A program made the position numbers and the translations under genes. A stretch of DNA of 57,717 bases, counting the filler, from Candidatus Desantisbacteria bacterium CG1_02_49_89 (GTDB lineage Bacteria > Desantisbacteria > UBA1551), in the NCBI GenBank assembly GCA_001871075.1. It is 3 parts of 3 records of this genome, joined end to end, with 100 filler letters (N's around TTAATTAATTAA, not from the genome) between each part and the next. Parts side by side here need not be neighbours in the genome. Positions count along the whole stretch, not along the records: positions 34,737 to 57,717 come from MNUP01000084.1; 2 more parts are not named here. The stretch is one strand, 5' to 3'. How positions within the stretch are numbered: the stretch's first letter is position 1; each line of letters opens with the position of its first letter. This document shows, piece by piece, positions 50,447 to 57,717 of the stretch. The notes beneath the pieces are model-generated. The model did no database searches and had not been told where the DNA came from. It worked only from the letters and a program-made list of their open reading frames with translations.

Positions 50447-51214
50447 ATGTCTGGCAAAGGACCCGGTATAGCGGTTCAGCTCTATTCGGTAAGGGATGAC
50501 TGCGCGAAGGATTTCGCGGGAACCCTGAAAGCAGTCGCAAAAATGGGATATGAAGGTGTGGAGTTCGCGGGCTACTACGGAAAAAGCGCTCAGGAGCTGA
50601 GGAAGATGCTCGATGACCTGGGACTGAAGGCAGCCGGGACCCATATCGGGCTGGACACCCTGATGGGCGGGGAACTTGAAAAGACCGCGGAGTTCAACCG
50701 GATCATCGGAAACAGCTTTCTGATAGTACCGGGGCTTGCGCCTGAAAGGATAAGTTCGATATCCGCCTGGAAGGAAACCGCCAAGATTTTTAACGGCATT
50801 GCCGCAAAGCTGAAACCACTGAGAATGTATACCGGCTACCACAACCACATTATAGAATTCAAGGCATCGGAAGGCCAGCTCCCGTGGGACGCGTTTTTTT
50901 CAAACACGGACGCAAGCGTGGTGATGCAGCTTGACACCGGTAACGCCATGCACGGCGGCGTGAAAGCCGGCGAGATCCTCGATTTTGTTAAAAGGTACCC
51001 GGCAAGGGCCTTAACGGTCCACCTGAAGGAATTTTCGCAGTCAAACGATAAGGCGCTCCTTGGCGAAGGTGATGTTATGTGGAAGGACCTATTCAAGATG
51101 TGTGAGACGATCGGGGGGACCATGTGGTACATCGTGGAACAGGAAAGCTACGCGTATCCGCCGCTTGAGTGCGTGGAGAAATGCCTGCAGAATTATAAGC
51201 GCATCCACGGCTGA
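50447..51214 (+). CDS. Sugar phosphate isomerase/epimerase (AP endonuclease 2 TIM barrel)
   Basis: QLYSVR, GYEGVEFAG, YHNH..EF, QLDTG, HLK, VEQE. Confidence 0.9.
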   Translation: MSGKGPGIAVQLYSVRDDCAKDFAGTLKAVAKMGYEGVEFAGYYGKSAQELRKMLDDLGLKAAGTHIGLDTLMGGELEKTAEFNRIIGNSFLIVPGLAPERISSISAWKETAKIFNGIAAKLKPLRMYTGYHNHIIEFKASEGQLPWDAFFSNTDASVVMQLDTGNAMHGGVKAGEILDFVKRYPARALTVHLKEFSQSNDKALLGEGDVMWKDLFKMCETIGGTMWYIVEQESYAYPPLECVEKCLQNYKRIHG

Positions 51215-51257
51215 TACCCCCGTCCCGAAGGTCCCGAAGTGAGAAAGGAGAAAAGGA

Positions 51258-52319
51258 ATGGCAAAGGTGAAGGTTGGAATTATCGGCGCCGGCGGTATAG
51301 CGCAGGTGGCCCACATCCCCAATTTCCAGAAGATCACGGGTGTGGAGGTCGCGGCAATATCGGACCCAAACGAGGAGAAGTTGAAGTTTGTGGCCGGTAA
51401 GTTCAAGATCGGCAGTTCATTTACCGATTACAGGAAAATACTGGAAATGGACGATATTTCCATAGTAAGCATATGCTCCCCGAATTTTGTTCACAAGGAG
51501 CACGCAGTGGAGAGCCTAAAAAGCGGGAAACACGTGCTTTGTGAAAAACCGGTCGCAATGAGCGGGGCGGAAGCGCGCGAAATACTTGAAACGGCGAAAA
51601 CCACAAAGAAAAAATTCATGGTCGCTTTCCCAAGCAGGTTCGCGCCCGGCGCCGTGTTTCTCAAGAAGCTGGTGGACAGGGGAGAGTTCGGGGAGATTTA
51701 TTACGCGAAAGCAAGCTGCCTGAGGAGAAGGGGCATCCCGGGCCTGGGCGGATGGTTCACAACCAAAAAGATGTCCGGCGGCGGGCCCCTTATAGACATC
51801 GGCGTGCACATACTCGATAAGACGTACTGGCTGATGGGGGCTCCTGAACTCGTAAGCGTTACCGGGGTGACCTACCAGAAATTCAAAGACAAGGCTTTTG
51901 ACGGCGGATGGCCTCCGGTGGAAACAAGGGTCGGGGATAAATATACCCAGCCGCTTGACGTGGAGGACCTTTCATCCGCATTTATAAAGTTCAGCAACGG
52001 CGCCAGCCTTTTCCTTGAGGCGTCCTGGGCGGGAAATTCGGAGGGCGGCACATCCCTTTCCCTTTTCGGCACGAAGAAGGGCGCCAAGGATGACGGCGCA
52101 TCCCTTAAGATCTATGACGAAGTGAACGGCGTCCTGCTTGACAATACCCCGGTCCTTCCCGGAGCAGATACTTATTTCGAGGAAATAAAGCATTTTGTTT
52201 CCTGCGTTCTGGAAGATAAAGAGCCGGTAACCAAGCCGAACGAGATCCTGAATGTCATCCGTATAATAGAGTCAATTTACCTGTCGGCTGACACCGGGAA
52301 AGAGATACGATTAGAATAA
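51258..52319 (+). CDS. Gfo/Idh/MocA oxidoreductase
   Basis: GAGGIA, CEKP, GGGPLIDIGVH. Confidence 0.92.
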   Translation: MAKVKVGIIGAGGIAQVAHIPNFQKITGVEVAAISDPNEEKLKFVAGKFKIGSSFTDYRKILEMDDISIVSICSPNFVHKEHAVESLKSGKHVLCEKPVAMSGAEAREILETAKTTKKKFMVAFPSRFAPGAVFLKKLVDRGEFGEIYYAKASCLRRRGIPGLGGWFTTKKMSGGGPLIDIGVHILDKTYWLMGAPELVSVTGVTYQKFKDKAFDGGWPPVETRVGDKYTQPLDVEDLSSAFIKFSNGASLFLEASWAGNSEGGTSLSLFGTKKGAKDDGASLKIYDEVNGVLLDNTPVLPGADTYFEEIKHFVSCVLEDKEPVTKPNEILNVIRIIESIYLSADTGKEIRLE

Positions 52320-52328
52320 GGGGGATCT

Positions 52329-52517
52329 ATGTCAAAAAATAGGGAAATACAAGTAAAAGTATCTTCTTTTGAAAAGATTTTTAAGGAAACAGTTGGTAAT
52401 AAAGCGTATGTAAAAATGACAAAAGAAGAGAGAAAAGTTATCCACGAAATGAGTGAATGTCAGATGAAGGGTGGCCCTATCGGTTCTGCAGTTATAAAAG
52501 AACCGTCAACAAGATAA
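52329..52517 (+). CDS. Small hypothetical protein, possible partner of the PIN protein
   Basis: 62-aa ORF with GGGG RBS, ending 1 nt before the PIN-like gene; AT-rich. Confidence 0.55.
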   Translation: MSKNREIQVKVSSFEKIFKETVGNKAYVKMTKEERKVIHEMSECQMKGGPIGSAVIKEPSTR

Positions 52518-52518
52518 T

Positions 52519-53169
52519 ATGATAAACTATCTTTTTGATTCTTCCGTAGCTATTGAATGGTATGCACCAAAGTCAACATTTAGAACCCAATCAGAATTCT
52601 ATAAAAGCTGTGCTTTAAGAGCAAAAATAGCTTTTCAGAAAGAAGAAGGAAAAGCTATTCTTTTTATACCTTCATTTTGCATAGCAGAAGTCCGTAATAT
52701 TTTTGGTAAATGGTATTTACGCCACAAAAATATTTTTAATTCTAAAAATCCGAAAGCTCATTACGAAACTTGTTTTAATAAATTCATTGCTCATGTTCAT
52801 GATAGAAAATTTTTCTATTCTTATGATCTTAACAGGTACCATAATCTTAACACTACCGAGGTAATTGAAGTAGAGCATACTACAGATACGGAATTTGATG
52901 CTTCAGGATTGACTCCAGGAACAAACAATACAATTATTGAAGCAGAGTTTAAAAAGAAAGATTCTCATGATAGTATCTCGAAGCATCATTTAACTTCATT
53001 CGATATTTTGATTATTGCAATGGGAATGGAGCTCAAAAGAATGAAGGGAGAGGAAATATATTTAGTAACTAATGATAAGAGGATGGCTCTTATTTCGAGT
53101 AAAAAATCCGAATTCCCAAAACCACTTTATTGGTCTGATCTTAATGTTCCGGATCTTCCAACAGCTTAG
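52519..53169 (+). CDS. PIN-domain-like protein
   Basis: YLFDSSV, CIAEV, FDILIIA, LVTNDKR acidic-motif pattern. Confidence 0.7.
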   Translation: MINYLFDSSVAIEWYAPKSTFRTQSEFYKSCALRAKIAFQKEEGKAILFIPSFCIAEVRNIFGKWYLRHKNIFNSKNPKAHYETCFNKFIAHVHDRKFFYSYDLNRYHNLNTTEVIEVEHTTDTEFDASGLTPGTNNTIIEAEFKKKDSHDSISKHHLTSFDILIIAMGMELKRMKGEEIYLVTNDKRMALISSKKSEFPKPLYWSDLNVPDLPTA

Positions 53170-53179
53170 GAGGTATAAA

Positions 53180-54157
53180 ATGAAAAAAAAATTACTTAAA
53201 AAAATGATTAAAAAAAGAAAAAAGAAAAATAGAAAAAAAATCATAACTAAGAAATTAATTCTAACAAGACAAAAAAAACAGAGAATTGATAAATTAGAAG
53301 AACAAAATATTACCTATAATACTGCAATGCAAACTTCAGTTTTAACTACTCAAAAAGAGTTAGAAATTAAGGGAAAACCTTTCTTTAGAGAAAATGGAAT
53401 TGCCATCTTGCATGATGACATACTCACAACACAGTTGATACCAAATAATAGCATTGATTTGATTGTGACTTCGCCACCTTATAATGTAGATATTCACTAT
53501 GGACAGCACAAAGATAATATGACTTATGAGGAATATCTTGAATTTACCAGAAAATGGTTAAAAAAGTGTTTTGATTTAGCAAAGGATGATGGAAGATTCT
53601 GCTTGAACATACCTCTTGACAAAAATAAAGGAGGTCAGCAGAGCGTTTGTGCAGACATAACGACTATTACAAAACAGATTGGATGGAAATACCATTCCAC
53701 TATAATATGGAATGAACAGAACATCTCAAAAAGAACAGCATGGGGTTCCTGGCTTTCAGCTTCTGCTCCTTATGTTATAGCCCCGGTTGAAGTTATTTTA
53801 ATACTTTATAAGAAGGACTGGAAAAAAACAGGTGGAAGCAAGAAATCGGATATTGACAGAAAAGAATTTATGGATTGGACAAATGGCGTTTGGACTTTTA
53901 TGGGAGAAAGTAAAAAAAGAATAGGTCATCCCGCGCCATTCCCGGTAGAGCTTCCACGTAGATGTATTAAATTATTTACTTTTGTTGGCGACACAGTATT
54001 GGACCCATTTCTTGGTAGCGGTTCTACCTTAGTTGCAAGTTTTTTGACAGGCAGGAATGGCATAGGTGTAGAAATTGACAAAAACTACTGTGAGCTTGCA
54101 AAAGATAGATTGACAAAAGAAGCTAAGATAGATCAGTTTAAATTAGATTTAAAATAA
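53180..54157 (+). CDS. Beta-class N4-cytosine/N6-adenine DNA methyltransferase with Lys-rich N-terminal extension
   Basis: TSPPY before HPAPFP and DPFLGSG; GGAGGT RBS before ATG 53180. Confidence 0.92.
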   Translation: MKKKLLKKMIKKRKKKNRKKIITKKLILTRQKKQRIDKLEEQNITYNTAMQTSVLTTQKELEIKGKPFFRENGIAILHDDILTTQLIPNNSIDLIVTSPPYNVDIHYGQHKDNMTYEEYLEFTRKWLKKCFDLAKDDGRFCLNIPLDKNKGGQQSVCADITTITKQIGWKYHSTIIWNEQNISKRTAWGSWLSASAPYVIAPVEVILILYKKDWKKTGGSKKSDIDRKEFMDWTNGVWTFMGESKKRIGHPAPFPVELPRRCIKLFTFVGDTVLDPFLGSGSTLVASFLTGRNGIGVEIDKNYCELAKDRLTKEAKIDQFKLDLK

Positions 54158-54180
54158 TTCATCCAAGGAGAGATGAAAGA

Positions 54181-54768
54181 ATGGAGAATAATGATTTAGT
54201 ACAATCTGATTTGATAATGGAATATTTCAAAAAACATTCTAAAAAAGAAATCGCTCATCCTGAAATTGTAGATTGGGTTGTGAATGAATACAAAAAAAGA
54301 ACAGGAAAAGTTTTTCGAGATCCTGACAGGGCAATAAGGAAATTATCGCAGGAGGGACAACTAATTAAAATTAAAAAGGGAGTTTATAAATATGACCCTG
54401 ATTTTGTAATTAATAAGGCATTAGAAGATTTTACCATAGAACAGAAAGAAGCTATTTTTAAAAGAGATAGGTATAAATGTGTAGTATGTGGTCGTGGAAC
54501 TAAAGATGGAGTAGAAATACATGCTGACCATATACGCCCAAAAGATTTGGGAGGTAAGGCAGAAATAGAAAATGGTCAGACTTTATGTGCACAGCACAAT
54601 TTTCAAAAGAAAAATTACAAACAAACAGAAACAGGCAAAAAAATGTTTATTAGACTTTATGAATTAGCTAAAAAATATAAAGATCAAAAATTGAAAAAAT
54701 TCTGCAAAGATGTATTGATGACATATGAAAATCATAAAATTAATTGTCATATAAAGTGGGAAAAATAA
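54181..54768 (+). CDS. HNH endonuclease, probable cognate type II restriction enzyme
   Basis: C..CG...HADHI.P...GG....NGQTLC..HN; directly after the MTase. Confidence 0.85.
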   Translation: MENNDLVQSDLIMEYFKKHSKKEIAHPEIVDWVVNEYKKRTGKVFRDPDRAIRKLSQEGQLIKIKKGVYKYDPDFVINKALEDFTIEQKEAIFKRDRYKCVVCGRGTKDGVEIHADHIRPKDLGGKAEIENGQTLCAQHNFQKKNYKQTETGKKMFIRLYELAKKYKDQKLKKFCKDVLMTYENHKINCHIKWEK

Positions 54769-54831
54769 AAAATTGGTAGCTTACATTTGAATTTATTTAA
54801 TCTATTTTTATGAATAAAAATGGAGATAAAA

Positions 54832-55965
54832 ATGAAAATAGAAGACGAAAAATTGAGTGAAGAAGAATTTATTGAAGAGGATAACAAAGATGAAGAAGAA
54901 AGCCCAATAAAAAAGGGTGGAAGTAGAAGAGTCGCTACTTATCCTATTGACTTTACAATAGATTCTATAAATAATCAGATAGAAGCAGATAATATTCTAC
55001 TAGATGAAGATTTTCAAAGATATTTGGTATGGGATGAGAATAAACAAAGTAAATTGATCGAATCTCTTTATTTAAATATTCCTATACCAGTTTGTTATTT
55101 TGCTGAACTTGAAGATGGGAAATATTCAGTTATTGACGGAAAACAGAGACTAAGTTCAATAAGTATCTTTTTATCGAATGATTTAATTTTAAAAAATTTA
55201 AAAATTGCTTCAGAATTAAACGGAAAAAAACAAAGAACCCTTGAACCTGAACAATTAAGAAAAATTGAATCTCGAACAATTCGCTGTATAGTTATTTTAA
55301 AAGAATCTGATTCCGATGTTTGTAGAGAAATTTTTGATCGTCTAAATTCAAATTCTGTTCCTCTTAATAAACAGGAATTACGAAATAGCACTTTTCGTGG
55401 AAAATTTAATGATTTTTTAAAAGAATTAGCAAAAAATAAGGCATTTCAAAATATAAGAGGAGTTGATAAAGAAGATAAACGCATGAATGATTGTGAATTA
55501 GCATTAAGATACTTTGCGTTTAAAGAAAAATTATCAAGTTATAGACCTCCACTTGCAGAATTTCTAGATAACTATCTTAAAGAAGGAAATAAATTTAGTG
55601 ATGAAAAGATTGAATTAGAAAAAAAGGCATTTATCGAAATTGTTAAAAAAATTCATTTCGTTTTTGATAAAAATGCATTTAGAAGATATGATTTAATACA
55701 AAAAGTCTGGGAAACTCGTATCAATAAAGCTATTTTTGATGTTATAATGTTAAGCTTCACAAATATCGATATACAAACAATTAAAAAAGATAAAGAAAAA
55801 ATCATTGATGCTTTTAAAGATATATGTGGCCTTACTGAATTTAATGAATCTATTACTACTTGGACAAAAACAATAAAAGCTATAAATGCAAGGTTGAATT
55901 TGTGGCGAGACAGATTAGAGGGAGCAGGAATAATCTTACCAAAATTTATAGTGAGCTCTAAATAA
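54832..55965 (+). CDS. DUF262 (GmrS/ParB-Srx-like) domain protein
   Basis: FQR..VW, IES.Y.NIPIP, IDGKQRL, IF.RLN...PL..QELRN. Confidence 0.9.
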   Translation: MKIEDEKLSEEEFIEEDNKDEEESPIKKGGSRRVATYPIDFTIDSINNQIEADNILLDEDFQRYLVWDENKQSKLIESLYLNIPIPVCYFAELEDGKYSVIDGKQRLSSISIFLSNDLILKNLKIASELNGKKQRTLEPEQLRKIESRTIRCIVILKESDSDVCREIFDRLNSNSVPLNKQELRNSTFRGKFNDFLKELAKNKAFQNIRGVDKEDKRMNDCELALRYFAFKEKLSSYRPPLAEFLDNYLKEGNKFSDEKIELEKKAFIEIVKKIHFVFDKNAFRRYDLIQKVWETRINKAIFDVIMLSFTNIDIQTIKKDKEKIIDAFKDICGLTEFNESITTWTKTIKAINARLNLWRDRLEGAGIILPKFIVSSK

Positions 55966-55967
55966 AG

Positions 55968-56658
55968 ATGAACTCTTTCGAAGCTTTTCTTGAAAGGCAA
56001 AATGAAATCAAAAGACTTATAGAAATAATAAAAAGTTTGGGCGAACCTATAAATGAAGAACTACGTAAAAAAATAGGTACATTAAATCGTGCTGTTGTTG
56101 TTTTATTATGTAGTCACATCGAAGGTTACATAGAAGATTCAATAATAGAATTTATAGATGAAATATGTAAAAACAACTTGCAGTGCCAAAAAATCCCAGA
56201 GAAATTAAAGGTTAATTATTTCAAAAAGGATTATGATACTTATGGAAGTAAACCAGAAAAAGCAAAAGATTTATTTTGTCTTCATAGTAAATTATGGCAA
56301 GATAGTCAAAATTTGATTGTAGGAGATTTAGATGGAACACAAATAACAGAGGAATTTAATAATCCCGAACCTCCAAAAATTAAAAAATTATTTGAATATA
56401 TCGGTTTTAATGAGTTATGGAATAAAATTATAGATAAAAAACATATAAAAGATTTAGCAAAAATATGATTTAACCCCCCGCGGCTTGCCGCGGGGTAATT
56501 CAAAAATTATTGTTGAAAACCGTCATAAAATTGCTCATGGTGATTCCACATTTACAATTACGACCGATGATGCAATTCGTTATCGTGATTCTACGGCCAT
56601 GATTGCATATGAAATAAATAGAATTTTAGAAATTCATTTACAAAATATACTATTATAA
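55968..56658 (+). pseudogene. HEPN nuclease (DUF262-associated), interrupted by a 46-bp IS200-derived element
   Basis: Removing 56458-56503 gives ...KDLEIIVENRHKIAHGD...QNILL* (RxxxxH motif); TAA 56656-56658 overlaps the next ATG. Confidence 0.9.
56458..56503 (+). mobile_element. 46-bp non-autonomous IS200 derivative: left end and right end fused at one shared hairpin
   Basis: TTTAG | CAAAAATATGATTTAACC-CCCCGCGGCTTGCCGCGGGG-TAATTCAA; left part matches 3390-3427 (1 mismatch), right part matches 3966-3993. Confidence 0.93.
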
Positions 56659-57245
56659 TGAAAAATATAAATAATATATTTATATTGGGGGTGATTCTGG
56701 CAATGAGCATCCATGGAACAGTCGCGGGCGGAAAGAAGATCCTGATGGTGATCGCTGAAAAAGGGTTCAGGGACGAGGAACTGCTTGTGCCGCAGAAGGA
56801 ATTTGTGAAGAACGGGCTAAACGTGATCGTTGCCAGCACTTCTGCGGGCGAGGCGGTCGGAAAGATATCGGCAAGGGTCAAACCCGACGCGGAACTGTCC
56901 AGGGTCAATTTTTCTGACTATGATGCGATTGTAGTCGTGGGAGGCCCGGGTTCTTCCGAGTATTTATGGGATAATAAGGTCCTGCGCAAGGGCCTGGTTG
57001 AAATGCAGGCAAAAGGGAAGGTTGTTACGGCTATCTGTATTTCTACCGTTGTGCTTGCCAGAGCGGGAGTCCTGAAGGGGAAAAAGGCAACCGTATTCCC
57101 GGACCCGGAAGGCATAAGCGAGCTGAAAAAAGCAGGTGCGATCTACGTAAACCAGCATGTGATCACGGATGGAAAAATAGTAACTGGCGACGGTCCCGAT
57201 GCCGCTCTTGAGTTCGCCCGTGCGGTCATAAAGCTTTTGAAATAA
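56658..57245 (+). CDS. DJ-1/PfpI family protein with N-terminal signal-like segment
   Basis: FRDEE, YDAI.VVGGPG, AIC, G.KAT, IVTG.GP. Confidence 0.9.
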   Translation: MKNINNIFILGVILAMSIHGTVAGGKKILMVIAEKGFRDEELLVPQKEFVKNGLNVIVASTSAGEAVGKISARVKPDAELSRVNFSDYDAIVVVGGPGSSEYLWDNKVLRKGLVEMQAKGKVVTAICISTVVLARAGVLKGKKATVFPDPEGISELKKAGAIYVNQHVITDGKIVTGDGPDAALEFARAVIKLLK

Positions 57246-57340
57246 CGTTCTTCGTACATCGTTCATCGCTTAAAAAGAAATTAATGATATTTTTTTTTGC
57301 GAAGCACGATGAACGAAGCACGATGCACGAAGGAGGCCCT

Positions 57341-57717
57341 GTGGATTTTAAATACTCGATGGCGGAGTTCCTGCCGTTCAGGGACAAAAAAGAGTGTCAG
57401 CGTGTCAGGAAGATCAAAAAAGAAGATCTCTGCAAACACCCAAATAAGCAGTTCAAGATCAGGATAATAGAGGACGCGAACGAGTTCTACACGGAATTCG
57501 CGCTTGACATTGTAAAGCGCATCCGGGAATCCCGTGACAGGGGCAGGAGATTCGTAGGGATTTTTCCCGTAGGCCCAATGCCGCAGTACCCGATCGCGGC
57601 AAGGATAATCAACGAGATGAAGCTTCCGATGAAACACGTCCATACCTTCAACATGGACGAATACGCTGACGAGAACGGAAATACCGCTCCTTTGAATTGG
57701 CCAGGTTCGTTCCAGAA
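57341..57717 (+). CDS. Glucosamine-6-phosphate isomerase/deaminase-like protein (runs off the window)
   Basis: AGGAGG RBS and GTG start; translated by hand: ...IFPVGPMPQY...HTFNMDEYAD...; open to the window end. Confidence 0.8.
   Translation, partial: MDFKYSMAEFLPFRDKKECQRVRKIKKEDLCKHPNKQFKIRIIEDANEFYTEFALDIVKRIRESRDRGRRFVGIFPVGPMPQYPIAARIINEMKLPMKHVHTFNMDEYADENGNTAPLNWPGSFQ

Noticed and set aside
49853-56658. tRNA-anchored integrative element containing the defence island
   Set aside because: No duplicated tRNA 3' end or integrase found; two GC-typical metabolic genes separate the tRNAs from the island

Overview
A bacterial chromosomal window, probably from an uncultured diderm (it has lptC). 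It consists of three contigs joined by artificial N44-TTAATTAATTAA-N44 linkers (18884-18983, 34637-34736). The backbone is housekeeping: GH57, xerD, a DHH-CBS tRNA nucleotidyltransferase, nusA-infB-rbfA-lysA, plsY, a SurA/PpiD-like chaperone, prfB with its +1 frameshift, lptC, dapAB, glnA, HU, lpdA-lipB-lipA, an aminotransferase, hom-thrC, tRNA-Val and tRNA-Asp. Five accessory signals stand out. (1) An AT-rich islet (2568-5816) holds MNT-HEPN, an IS200 element and an unusual deaminase/HATPase_c_4/wHTH fusion; its cassettes are separated by copies of the 3' end of the upstream secreted-protein gene. (2) A RuBisCO-like protein sits in a sugar/polyol operon with an EryC-like epimerase and a DRE-TIM C-C synthase. 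(3) In an AT-rich defence island (PIN, type II R-M, DUF262-HEPN), the HEPN gene is split just before its RxxxxH motif by a 46-bp single-hairpin derivative of the IS200 element, and removing it exactly restores the frame. (4) Inverted 7-10-bp tandem arrays and nested REP-like hairpins fill most intergenic gaps and also sit in frame inside core genes. (5) A ~1 kb structured non-coding region lies between two converging genes. All family assignments come from reading motifs by eye; no searches were run.
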